Source: Candidatus Campbellbacteria bacterium
Lineage (GTDB): Bacteria; Patescibacteriota; Minisyncoccia; Phycocordibacterales; JABAAK01
Assembly: GCA_028817035.1 (NCBI GenBank)
Contig: JAPPQH010000015.1
Span: 1,895 to 65,894 of the forward strand
Reading direction: 5' to 3'
DNA length: 64,000 nucleotides
In this document: positions 37,517-46,412 of the stretch, piece by piece
Layout of the letters: the number at the start of each line of letters is the position of its first letter
How positions within the stretch are numbered: position 1 is the stretch's first letter
Notes under the pieces: generated by a model
What the model saw: only the letters and a program-made list of their open reading frames with translations
What the model was told of the DNA's origin: nothing
Databases searched by the model: none
Made by a program: the position numbers and the translations under genes

Positions 37517-39505
37517 ATGCAAAAAACCACTGCATTATTACTTGTCGCTTTTTTATTATTAGCCCAACCATCTATTTCAGTTCAAGCACAAGTACCAATC
37601 GTCCCATCCCAAACACAGACACCAGTTGTCCCAATCCAAGAGACACAAGTTGTTGAACCCCAAACATGGGCACCAGTCGTTCCAGCACAAACTCAGCAAG
37701 AGAAACAATCCGCTGATGATAAAGAAGATGAAATACCAGTCATCCAAAAAGAATGGACTGATGATGAACTTGTTAATGAAGCACCGATATATAGAACAAA
37801 CGATAGAGAAGATTATGAGGAAACATTAAGTTTAGAAAGAGAAGAAGAAGATGAACGAAGGAGAGAGGAAGAAGAATATGAAAAGTGGAGAGAAGAAAGA
37901 GATAGAGAAGAGGAAAACGATGGCTCAGTTGAGTTGACCATTAAGGATGCAGAAAAGATTTTCAAATCACTTTCTGTGGAAGAAAAGCATAGTGGAAAAA
38001 TAGAGGCCATAGAAAAAATTGTTCAAAAAATAGTTGATAAAACTCATGCCAGAGAAAGCAAGGATGTTGTTATCGTGTACAACGAGCCAAAGGATATAAT
38101 ACGACAAATTGAAGAGATGCTTAGTGAAGAAATACTGGAGAATATAGAAAGAGTGATTTTTGAATGGCAAACAAAAACCATCGGCAGAGGACATATTGAA
38201 ATTGGTCGAGATGCTTTTATATTAACTAAATACTATAGAAATGGAAAAAAGATGTCAGAAAAACACTATGGTTATCTAGACCAAGTGCCTTGTCCATGGA
38301 GAGAATGGTATGAGGACGGTCAAATATCTAATGAAATGCTTTGTTTTCCGAAAAAAATTCAGAAAGTGTATTTTAAGAATGGAGAATTGCAAATTAAGAG
38401 AACGCTTATTGAAGGCAAATTTAAGGAGGAGTGGTGGTATGAGAATGGGCAAATAAAAGAAAGGTTTGATGGTGAGTTGAGAGAGGAGTGGTGGAGGTCT
38501 AGACCTATAACAACACGGGTTGAAAGAAATCTGAAGTTAGAGCGGTGGTATAAAGACGGACAATTGGCAAGAAAAACTGAAAACGGTGTCACCAAAAGAT
38601 GGTATCAAAATGGACAACTAATGTCGGTGGGAGAAGAGGTTGAAAACGAAGTTACTCAATGGTTTGAAAAACCCAAATATACCGAGTGGTATGAAAATGG
38701 TTCTATTCATATAATAAAAAATGGTGGTATAACCAAATCATGGTATCCTAATGGTGAAAAAAAAGTTGATAAAGTTTCTGATGAAAAAAAATCAAGATAT
38801 GAGTCGTGGTGGGAAAATGGAAATAAAAAAGAAGAATCAATTGAGAAGATTGCACCAGATGGAAGGTGGCATGATAATCTTAAATGGTGGTGGGAAAATG
38901 GAAATTTAAGAACATCAGAATTTAGAATAGACAACGAAACATCTCGAATCAAAGAATGGCGTCAAGATGGAACTCCAAAATATGAGGCAGATTGGGAAAA
39001 AGGTTTTACAAAGATATGGTATGAAAAAGGACAAAAATCATCAGAGACACAATTTCTTGCCATAAAAAAGCCATCAGGGATATTAGATAAAGAAAATTTA
39101 AAAATTATTATGGCAATGTATTGGTATAAGAATGGCAAGAAATTGGCTGAATTTAAAGATGGAAAATTGCAAGTTTGGAATATGTTGGGAATAATTATGA
39201 ATGGACTCCAGGCCAAGAGGCGCTTTTGTGAAAAAGATGCTCATTGGGTTGAGAGATATGGGTATTATGAATGTGATGGATGGGGAGGTCCAGATAATCT
39301 TAGTTGTGAACAAATCAATGGCAAAGTTATCGGCTACCATAATGGTTGCCGTTGCAGAGGTGAAGACTGCCTCGGTAAAACATGCCAAGCAGCAGTAGTA
39401 TATTCCTGCCAAGTGCAGAAAATTGAGCAACCTAAAAAGATTTTGATGATACATAAATTGAGAAACACAAACCCTTTAACTACATCACTGCCTACAACAT
39501 TTTAG
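37517..39505 (+). CDS. Secreted repeat protein with four parts: signal peptide, P/Q/V-rich and acidic E/R-rich linkers, at least 12 MORN-variant (YwqK-like, WYxNGQ) repeats, and a C-terminal Cys-rich module
   Basis: MQKTTALLLVAFLLLAQPSISVQA signal. Repeats EWYEDGQ, EWWYENGQ, ERWYKDGQ, KRWYQNGQ, TEWYENGS, KSWYPNGE, ESWWENGN, KWWWENGN, KIWYEKGQ, MYWYKNGK. Tail contains 10 Cys. Confidence 0.65.
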   Translation: MQKTTALLLVAFLLLAQPSISVQAQVPIVPSQTQTPVVPIQETQVVEPQTWAPVVPAQTQQEKQSADDKEDEIPVIQKEWTDDELVNEAPIYRTNDREDYEETLSLEREEEDERRREEEEYEKWREERDREEENDGSVELTIKDAEKIFKSLSVEEKHSGKIEAIEKIVQKIVDKTHARESKDVVIVYNEPKDIIRQIEEMLSEEILENIERVIFEWQTKTIGRGHIEIGRDAFILTKYYRNGKKMSEKHYGYLDQVPCPWREWYEDGQISNEMLCFPKKIQKVYFKNGELQIKRTLIEGKFKEEWWYENGQIKERFDGELREEWWRSRPITTRVERNLKLERWYKDGQLARKTENGVTKRWYQNGQLMSVGEEVENEVTQWFEKPKYTEWYENGSIHIIKNGGITKSWYPNGEKKVDKVSDEKKSRYESWWENGNKKEESIEKIAPDGRWHDNLKWWWENGNLRTSEFRIDNETSRIKEWRQDGTPKYEADWEKGFTKIWYEKGQKSSETQFLAIKKPSGILDKENLKIIMAMYWYKNGKKLAEFKDGKLQVWNMLGIIMNGLQAKRRFCEKDAHWVERYGYYECDGWGGPDNLSCEQINGKVIGYHNGCRCRGEDCLGKTCQAAVVYSCQVQKIEQPKKILMIHKLRNTNPLTTSLPTTF

Positions 39506-39520
39506 AAATACATTAACAAA

Positions 39521-40537
39521 TTGTGTAGTATAGAATATATGGCTATCTCACTGAAAGAAATAAATGCATTCAAGACAGAAGAAACAACACAGGAAATTAT
39601 AGAAATAAGCACTGAAAATGAATTAAAGGACGCCGTAACAAAACACCCAGACCACATAGTTTTGGGAAAGGGAACAAATACACTTTTTGTAAAAAACATA
39701 TTCATCCCTGTTTTAATAAACGAGTTTAAGGGAATAAAGATACAGGAAGAAGACAAAGAATCAATAACATATATCATCGGAGGAGGGGAAATATGGACAG
39801 ATGTTGTAGACAAAATGTGTGAGAAAAATCTTTGGGGATTGGAATATTTATCAGGAATACCAGGAAGTGCAGGCGCAGGAGTTGTAAAAAACATAGGGGC
39901 ATATGGATCAGAACTCTCTGACATATGTAAAGCAGTAAATGTATATGATAAAGAAAAACAAGCATTCAGAGAAATAAAATCAAAAGATTGTAAATTTGGC
40001 TACAGAACCAGCATATTTGAGAAGATGCCAAACCAATACATCATAACAGATATTGTAATTACGATACAGAAACAAAACAAAAACGCAGAACAACAATTCC
40101 TCATCAACACGAGAAACAGAGGTGTGGGTACTCCAAAAGCATATACGCCAATAGAAATATCAAAAGAGATAACAAAAACAAGAAACAGAAAACTTCCATC
40201 CCCAGAAACAAGTCCAAACGCAGGAAGTTTTTTCAAAAATCCGATACTGAACGAAAAAGAGTCAGAAAATATATTACAAAAACATAAAAAATTAAAACAC
40301 TGGAAAACAGACGAGGGAACAAAATTTTCTGCAGGGGAGTTGATAGAATTGTGTGGAATGAAGGGCTATAAAGAAAAAACAGGAGCAGGAATATCAGAAA
40401 AACACGCATTAGTAATAATAAATAATGGAACAAAAAGGGGAAATGACATTTACTCCCTATCACAAAAAATACAAAAAGAAGTAAGCAAAAAATTTAAAAT
40501 AAACCTTGAGCCAGAAGTATCAATACACAAAGGTTGA
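39521..40537 (+). CDS. murB: UDP-N-acetylenolpyruvoylglucosamine reductase MurB
   Basis: FAD-binding N-domain and the LSGIPGSAGAGVVKNIGAYG / C-terminal SAGELIELCGMKG motifs. Confidence 0.8.
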   Translation: MCSIEYMAISLKEINAFKTEETTQEIIEISTENELKDAVTKHPDHIVLGKGTNTLFVKNIFIPVLINEFKGIKIQEEDKESITYIIGGGEIWTDVVDKMCEKNLWGLEYLSGIPGSAGAGVVKNIGAYGSELSDICKAVNVYDKEKQAFREIKSKDCKFGYRTSIFEKMPNQYIITDIVITIQKQNKNAEQQFLINTRNRGVGTPKAYTPIEISKEITKTRNRKLPSPETSPNAGSFFKNPILNEKESENILQKHKKLKHWKTDEGTKFSAGELIELCGMKGYKEKTGAGISEKHALVIINNGTKRGNDIYSLSQKIQKEVSKKFKINLEPEVSIHKG

Positions 40538-40591
40538 TATTCCCCCAGTTTTTGTGTATAATTTATGTGTAAATAATGATGTGAATATATT

Positions 40592-40756
40592 ATGGAAAAT
40601 TCAAACAAAAAATTAAATTACAATGCGACAAATAAGGTAGCAGACAATCAAACAAACACATTAACGCAAGAACAAATAAACGAAGTAATTAAATTTACTG
40701 CGGATTTTACTGTGAAAAAATATGGACACATCATTGAACGACTCTCAAAAGAATAA
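40592..40756 (+). CDS. 54-aa small ORF overlapping the start of the Doc-like gene by 35 nt. Candidate antitoxin (Phd-position) gene. Absent from the ORF track because it is under 60 aa
   Basis: ATG at 40592, TAA at 40754. Position and overlap are typical of type II TA operons. Its 3' end is part of the 57-bp direct repeat. Confidence 0.3.
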   Translation: MENSNKKLNYNATNKVADNQTNTLTQEQINEVIKFTADFTVKKYGHIIERLSKE

Positions 40757-40757
40757 T
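40701..40757. repeat. 57-bp direct repeat, copy 1 (left boundary of the island inside the ribosomal operon)
   Basis: gattttactgtgaaaaaatatggacacatcattgaacgactctcaaaagaataatat is identical at 44607-44663. Confidence 0.9.
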
Positions 40758-41204
40758 ATCAAGTTTCTTACAGAAAAAATTTTATTGGGTTTGTATGAAG
40801 CAGAATATGAAAAGGAGTATCTAACCTCCATATTCGGTGAATTTTTGCCAACTGAAAAAGAAAAATGGGTAAAAGAAATGGCTTCTATAATGTCAACCGT
40901 AGAAACAAGAAGCAATTTTTGCAATATGTCTTTAGATGAGGCAGTCGCTCGTGTCATGTTTTGCATAATAAAAGGACACAAACTTGTTGATGGAAACAAG
41001 CGATCTTCCATTTTGTGCATGGTGGGTCTGTATGCCCTAAACTTATATGTTTCAGATAAAGGTGTCGGCAACAAAGAGAGATTTACATTTGATCCAGAAT
41101 CCTTGTATCACAAGGTCAAGGAAATCGCTGCGCTTGACTCCCAAACAATAGATGACGAAAAAGTTATAGTTGATTTAACCGAGTTTCTAAAAACAAAAAA
41201 ATAG
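40722..41204 (+). CDS. Fic/Doc-family protein (death-on-curing-like toxin)
   Basis: Doc/Fic motif HKLVDGNKRSSIL (Hxx(D/E)GNKR). 160 aa. Confidence 0.65.
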   Translation: MDTSLNDSQKNNIKFLTEKILLGLYEAEYEKEYLTSIFGEFLPTEKEKWVKEMASIMSTVETRSNFCNMSLDEAVARVMFCIIKGHKLVDGNKRSSILCMVGLYALNLYVSDKGVGNKERFTFDPESLYHKVKEIAALDSQTIDDEKVIVDLTEFLKTKK

Positions 41205-41269
41205 GGACTTGTAATTTTAGGAAATCTTTGATATCATTTCCCTATTGTATCTAATATAAAAACTAATAT

Positions 41270-42034
41270 ATGGACAGTAATTTTGCCTATAAAATTAATA
41301 ACTTCATATTTACCCCCTGGTATGCTTTTTCTGCTTTTATATATAAGCGTTTTTCAAAAATTATATTAATTCTTTCTTTTCTGTCTTTCTTTTACCTTTT
41401 ATTTACAGGTCATTTTATAGAAATAGTTCTAGTACTGGTTAGCTCAATTCTTGTAGCACCATTACTTACTTTTTTATTAACAGAAACTTTTAATTTTATT
41501 ATTTTTACAAAAGAAGAAAGAAAATGTATGAAAGACTTTCAAAAAACATTTGCCAAATCAAATGTTACAGAACATTATAGCGGTTTTGCGCCAACTATTC
41601 CAACAGAAGCAGACGAGAAACTTTCTAGATTTCCAAAATATAAAATTTCACTTGTCGCAACAAGTGGCATACTCATTTCTTTGGTGGTTGTTTTGATTTT
41701 ATATACCGGATTATTGGGTTATTTTTCTAACACCAGTTTTTATAATGGGATAAATGTAATGCAATTGAACTATGCATTAATTTTTGTATTATATTTGTCA
41801 GTTGATTATCAAAGATTACTGTTAGAAATTTTTTATTCACATCTGCCCCATCTTTATCCCAATACAAGGTTTCTATTTCCTTTTAAAATAATTTTAATAT
41901 TGTTCTTGTGTGTAGTAATTTTTTTGGGTATAAGTTTATCATACACATCGTTTCTTTTGGGTGGTTCATTATTAATTTTAATGTTCTCTTTGACAATGTT
42001 TTTTAGCGATACTTCTTATATCGCAAAGTTATAA
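41270..42034 (+). CDS. hypothetical polytopic membrane protein
   Basis: About 6 hydrophobic segments. No family recognised. Confidence 0.45.
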   Translation: MDSNFAYKINNFIFTPWYAFSAFIYKRFSKIILILSFLSFFYLLFTGHFIEIVLVLVSSILVAPLLTFLLTETFNFIIFTKEERKCMKDFQKTFAKSNVTEHYSGFAPTIPTEADEKLSRFPKYKISLVATSGILISLVVVLILYTGLLGYFSNTSFYNGINVMQLNYALIFVLYLSVDYQRLLLEIFYSHLPHLYPNTRFLFPFKIILILFLCVVIFLGISLSYTSFLLGGSLLILMFSLTMFFSDTSYIAKL

Positions 42035-42076
42035 AGAAGCCAAATTGACCTTTTGCAATAACAAAAACACCAACCC

Positions 42077-42117
42077 AAAATAGCACAGTTGCAATTTTTG
42101 GCGTGGTTTGGTATCAT
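42077..42117 (+). promoter_or_regulatory. sigma70-like promoter element (TTGCAA-17-TGgTATCAT), copy 1, upstream of the 81-aa ORF
   Basis: -35/-10 spacing read directly. 39 of 41 bp identical to the element upstream of rpsN (44703-44743). Confidence 0.45.
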
Positions 42118-42148
42118 TTTTATCGCATTTGATACAGGCTAAAAACCT

Positions 42149-42394
42149 ATGGACAACAATCTCAACACAAAAGAAGAAATAATGGAAGAACTTGAAAAAC
42201 AGGGCGGAGAAATGAAAATAGGAATTAATAATAGTGAAAAGGAATCTATGGATAAATTTAGGGGGTTGCTTGATGAGTTAAACGATAAAATAACATATGA
42301 TGAAGGACCTTATATGCATATAGGTATTGGTAATGTGAATGACCCAGAACGATTTCCAGCCATTACTGAATTTTTTATCAGAAGGATAAAATAA
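42149..42394 (+). CDS. hypothetical protein (81 aa, acidic)
   Basis: ORF with a promoter-like element upstream. Confidence 0.35.
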   Translation: MDNNLNTKEEIMEELEKQGGEMKIGINNSEKESMDKFRGLLDELNDKITYDEGPYMHIGIGNVNDPERFPAITEFFIRRIK

Positions 42395-42427
42395 AAATAT
42401 GGACCTTTGTTTTGAGATATTGATTAT

Positions 42428-43552
42428 ATGAAAAGAAAAATTTTAGACTCAATTTGTGTTATTAATGAAATATTAGAGAAAAATCCTTTTAAACCAGAAA
42501 GTTCGTCGGGAAGTTGGAAACACAACACCACAGAAATAAATAAAGAAATTAAAAGATTAGGACTTGAAAATAATATTATTTTTGAAAAAAATACTTTCAC
42601 CATAAGAAATTTACACTTTAAAAGGGGAGGAGTACTTGCATTTAATAATAGTTATTTAATATCAATTCACTTTGAAAATAATATATTTGAGTGTGAGAAG
42701 GATGGTGCGGGTGTCAATATATCAGCAACTAATGCTCAAATTACATTTAAGAATAATTCTTTTAAAGAAAAGTTTCTTGAATTATTTATAGCTTCTATGG
42801 GTTGGCGAATTTCTTTTGTGAATAATTCTTTTAATAACTCATCATGTGGTATATTGACTGATCCATCTTTTTCTTCCAATGAAAAAAAACAAATTGGAAA
42901 TATAAAAATTGACTCAATAGTTTTGAAGCATAATAAATTTGAAAGCTTTGATTTATATGCAGGTAGTGGAAAAATAATTAAAGAAGTTATAGGCAGAAAA
43001 AATACCTTCCATGATTTTGGTATAGACGATGTTTCTAAAATAGATTACATATCTTTTTCCACAGATAATAAATTTATCCTAGAAGGTAAAAGGGAATTAG
43101 AGATTGACAGACTAAGAAGGACATTCGCAAAACTGAAATCAAAAAGTATAGAATCCAATTTTACGATAGAGGCTAATGACTTTAATGCCATAGAACTGGA
43201 TATTTATAGAAGAAATCCTAACCGTATAAAATTTGGAGATAAATTTTTATTATATATAGAGAAACATGTGAGCAACTTTAAAACTTCTTGGATTTCAGCA
43301 ATGGTATGGCTTCTAATAGTTAATACTGTAATTTATATTATATTAATAATACTTTTGGGGGAGTTTCATATAAATCTTAATTTATGGTTTACGTCACTAG
43401 ATCCACTTGTAAATTTAAATAGTTATCTAAAAGAAAAGGGCTATGAGCATTTTAATCGTGATTATATTTCCCATATTGACTTTATTAGAAGGATATTCAT
43501 TTTATTCTTTGCATACGAAATAATAAAATCCTTTAGAAAGTTTTCTAGATAA
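42428..43552 (+). CDS. hypothetical protein with N-terminal N/F-rich beta-helix-like repeats and one C-terminal TM helix
   Basis: Repeated xNNxF motifs (FENNIF, FKNNSF, VNNSFNNSS). Hydrophobic MVWLLIVNTVIYIILIILLG. Confidence 0.4.
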   Translation: MKRKILDSICVINEILEKNPFKPESSSGSWKHNTTEINKEIKRLGLENNIIFEKNTFTIRNLHFKRGGVLAFNNSYLISIHFENNIFECEKDGAGVNISATNAQITFKNNSFKEKFLELFIASMGWRISFVNNSFNNSSCGILTDPSFSSNEKKQIGNIKIDSIVLKHNKFESFDLYAGSGKIIKEVIGRKNTFHDFGIDDVSKIDYISFSTDNKFILEGKRELEIDRLRRTFAKLKSKSIESNFTIEANDFNAIELDIYRRNPNRIKFGDKFLLYIEKHVSNFKTSWISAMVWLLIVNTVIYIILIILLGEFHINLNLWFTSLDPLVNLNSYLKEKGYEHFNRDYISHIDFIRRIFILFFAYEIIKSFRKFSR

Positions 43553-43633
43553 TTTGATATAATTAACCCATTGTGTAATAAAAACCAATTATATGAACCT
43601 TAAGAAAATCTTACAAAACACAAAACCGACATA

Positions 43634-44014
43634 TCAAACCTGTCTTTCGTGGTTTGGGTCTATGTGGGTTACCATACAAAATTGCTCACATTGGATGCCA
43701 AATACCCTAAAGTTTTGGTTTATCCTAAAATGAAAGGGTCTGCCCAATTCTCTATCTTCTGCACTGTCTATCGCATTACGAATTTCACTTTTCATATGGC
43801 CCTTATCAATAGTTATGCCCCCATGCGCCCTATCCTTTGCCGCCCATTGTTTCCATGTTTGTCCATTTATTTCCTCCAACTTCTTAAAAATGAGTTTTAA
43901 ATTGATGACAAGCTGTTTTTTATTGGTTTTATCATTTGCCTTAAAATATCTGAAACTAAACACAACCTTATCCTCGGTGTGACTAGGCAATACCTTACTA
44001 CCAAAATCACCCAT
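43634..44014 (-). CDS. hypothetical protein downstream of and co-oriented with the Panacea-domain gene. Candidate toxin partner
   Basis: Only 3 bp separate it from the upstream Panacea gene. No recognisable fold. Confidence 0.4.
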   Translation of the reverse strand: MGDFGSKVLPSHTEDKVVFSFRYFKANDKTNKKQLVINLKLIFKKLEEINGQTWKQWAAKDRAHGGITIDKGHMKSEIRNAIDSAEDRELGRPFHFRINQNFRVFGIQCEQFCMVTHIDPNHERQV

Positions 44015-44017
44015 ACC

Positions 44018-44533
44018 CTACTCTATACTAAACACATCTCTATAATAATTTTTTATAGACTCATTTGATATTGGAATATGTTTCTTTCCTTCTTCATAGA
44101 CATCCTTCCATGGCTTGTGCTTGTGTGTTATATCAACAAGTTCTCTTGCAGAATATTTATCAAATATTTCTAAAGTTTTTTCCACTACCCATATAGTTTC
44201 TTCATTAAACTTATCAACATCACATTTTTCATTTGGTATCACACCTGCACCATTACTTTTGTATTCTTCGTAAACACTGTCTACGGCAGGTCCGTGCTTC
44301 CATGCCTCTATTGTTTCAGAAAATAGTGGTTTGTCATATCTTACTAATGATATAGCCTGAGCAAAGTATAGAAACTTAAGCAGTTTCATATTTGTTATAT
44401 CGTTTAAATCTTGGTCTTTCTCATAAGATTTACAAATAAACAACCTTGCTATATCAACTGCACTTGCTTTGTTAGAAAGTGTGTCCATATTTATTAAATT
44501 ATTATACACCAAAAGAGCAATAATCGCCAACAA
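44018..44533 (-). CDS. Panacea-domain (DUF4065, SocA-like) putative antitoxin
   Basis: Core KLLKFLYFAQAISLVRYDKPLFSETIEAWKHGPAVDSVYEEYK matches the DUF4065 signature (KLQKLLYxAQ...W..GPV). Confidence 0.65.
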   Translation of the reverse strand: MLAIIALLVYNNLINMDTLSNKASAVDIARLFICKSYEKDQDLNDITNMKLLKFLYFAQAISLVRYDKPLFSETIEAWKHGPAVDSVYEEYKSNGAGVIPNEKCDVDKFNEETIWVVEKTLEIFDKYSARELVDITHKHKPWKDVYEEGKKHIPISNESIKNYYRDVFSIE

Positions 44534-44606
44534 TCGTCATACAAACAGAGGGTATAAATATGTAGGGGAATAAGTAAAAATTGGGTTAATTTTTGATATT
44601 CTCTTT

Positions 44607-44663
44607 GATTTTACTGTGAAAAAATATGGACACATCATTGAACGACTCTCAAAAGAATAATAT
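44607..44663. repeat. 57-bp direct repeat, copy 2 (right boundary of the island). It carries a truncated copy of the Doc-gene start
   Basis: Exact copy of 40701-40757. Confidence 0.9.
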
Positions 44664-44702
44664 ATAGCCTATTAGGGCAGAAAAATAAAAGAGGAAGGCT
44701 GA

Positions 44703-44743
44703 AAAATAGCACGGTTGCAATTTTTGGCGTGGTTTGGTATCCT
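44703..44743 (+). promoter_or_regulatory. sigma70-like promoter element copy 2 (TTGCAA-17-TATCCT) about 100 bp upstream of rpsN. It is followed by a 12-bp palindrome ttgacttgtcaa
   Basis: Near-identical to 42077-42117. Confidence 0.45.
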
Positions 44744-44841
44744 TTAACCTATTGACTTGTCAATCTATGGGATGCTCCCTGTATTCTGATATAGAGAAGA
44801 TTTCATACGATATTGCTTGTCATAATAAAAATCGCGAGAGT

Positions 44842-45111
44842 ATGGCGAGAAAATCACTTATAACAAGAAACGAAAAAAGAATAAAGTTGGCGAAAAAATA
44901 CGAGAAAAAGCGCAAAGCATTAAAGGCGGCTAATGATTACATTGGTCTACAAAAACTTCCAAAAAATGCTTCGCCTGTTCGTATTCGTAATCGTTGTTTC
45001 ATAACCGGCAGGTCGCGGGGTTATCTTCGTGCTTTTGGAATTTCAAGGATATGTTTTCGCGAGGAAGCACGCAAGGGTAATCTCCCAGGAGTAAGAAAAT
45101 CATCATGGTAG
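44842..45111 (+). CDS. rpsN: 30S ribosomal protein S14 (long type)
   Basis: [24 protein letters not shown]...[24 protein letters not shown]. Confidence 0.85.
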   Translation: MARKSLITRNEKRIKLAKKYEKKRKALKAANDYIGLQKLPKNASPVRIRNRCFITGRSRGYLRAFGISRICFREEARKGNLPGVRKSSW

Positions 45112-45497
45112 TTGATAAAGTTTCAGATTTAATAATCAGCATAAAGAACGCTGGGATGGTGAATAAAGATAATGTTGAGATTCAGTATTCAAAGTTCAAG
45201 CATCAGATAGCAAAGAAGTTGCATTCTTGCGGTTTTTTGGATTCTGTTGAGCACAAGTCAAAACCAAAGAGTAGGCTGATTATAAAATTGAGATACAACA
45301 AAAACGGACAGCACTGCATACATGATGTAAAAAGAATATCTCGCCCTTCTCATCGCGTGTATGGTGGGTCTAAAAAAATATTGCCTATAAAAACAGGTCG
45401 TGGCGTTACGCTTCTCTCTACTCCTAAGGGCATCCTCACAGACAGGGAGGCGAGGCGTGAGAATGTGGGTGGAGAGTTGCTTTTCTCAATCTGGTAA
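45105..45497 (+). CDS. rpsH: 30S ribosomal protein S8
   Basis: Order and similarity. Confidence 0.9.
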   Translation: MVVDKVSDLIISIKNAGMVNKDNVEIQYSKFKHQIAKKLHSCGFLDSVEHKSKPKSRLIIKLRYNKNGQHCIHDVKRISRPSHRVYGGSKKILPIKTGRGVTLLSTPKGILTDREARRENVGGELLFSIW

Positions 45498-45508
45498 TAA
45501 AATTCATT

Positions 45509-46048
45509 ATGTCTCGTTTATCAAAAAAACCAACATCGCTACCACAAGGAGTATCAGCAGAATACAAGGATTTTACCTTGTCCGTAAAGGGTCCTAAGGG
45601 TGAGTTAAAAAGGCAATTCAAGGACAACGCAGATATTAAAATTGAGAATAATGAGGTATCGGTTTCAATCAAGACGAACTCTCCCAGAGTTTCCAGCGTG
45701 ATGTCGGGCACTCTTGTGTCGCATATCCGCAATATGATCAAAGGGGTGACGGATGGTTTCTCAAAAAGATTGGTGATTGAAGGCGTGGGTTACAAAGCGG
45801 AAGCTCAGGGGGATAAACTAAAACTAATAGTTGGCTTGTCACATCCTGTTATGGTTTCCATACCGTCAGGGATAAAAGTTTCTATTGAGAAAAATGTAAT
45901 TATTGTTGAAGGGATGGACAAGGAGATGGTTGGTCAGTTTGCTGCGGATGTATGTGCGGTAAAAAAAGTAGAACCATACAAAGGATACGGCATAAGATAC
46001 GAAGGTGCTTTTGTAAGGCGTAAACAGGGTAAGCGTGCTACAGCATAA
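45509..46048 (+). CDS. rplF: 50S ribosomal protein L6
   Basis: Order and similarity. Confidence 0.9.
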   Translation: MSRLSKKPTSLPQGVSAEYKDFTLSVKGPKGELKRQFKDNADIKIENNEVSVSIKTNSPRVSSVMSGTLVSHIRNMIKGVTDGFSKRLVIEGVGYKAEAQGDKLKLIVGLSHPVMVSIPSGIKVSIEKNVIIVEGMDKEMVGQFAADVCAVKKVEPYKGYGIRYEGAFVRRKQGKRATA

Positions 46049-46409
46049 AGATAAGATTATGAAAACACAAAAGAATGACAAAAAAATAAGAAGAGAAAGA
46101 CGGCATAAAAAAATAAGGAGCAGAATTTTTGGCACAGCAGAGTGTCCGCGACTTTCTTTTTCAAGAACAAACAAGCATATATATCTCCAAATAATTGATG
46201 ATGAAAAGGGTAACACCCTTGCATACACTTCTTCACACTATTCTGATGCTTCCAAAAAAGAAAAGGCAGCACAGATGGGGGAGAATATCGCCCGTCTTGC
46301 AAAGGAAAAGAAGATAGAAAAGGTCGTTTTTGATAGGAGCGGTTTTTTGTATGCGGGATTGGTAAAGATAGTTGCTGATTCTGCGAGGGCTGCGGGACTT
46401 AAATTTTAA
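46035..46409 (+). CDS. rplR: 50S ribosomal protein L18
   Basis: RLSFSRTNKHIYLQIIDD. Confidence 0.85.
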   Translation: MLQHKDKIMKTQKNDKKIRRERRHKKIRSRIFGTAECPRLSFSRTNKHIYLQIIDDEKGNTLAYTSSHYSDASKKEKAAQMGENIARLAKEKKIEKVVFDRSGFLYAGLVKIVADSARAAGLKF

Positions 46410-46412
46410 TAT

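Noticed and set aside
44734-44841. Upstream TTG-initiated extension of the rpsN ORF (track start 44734)
   Set aside because: The extension overlaps the promoter-like element and has no similarity to S14. The conserved S14 N-terminus begins at the ATG at 44842
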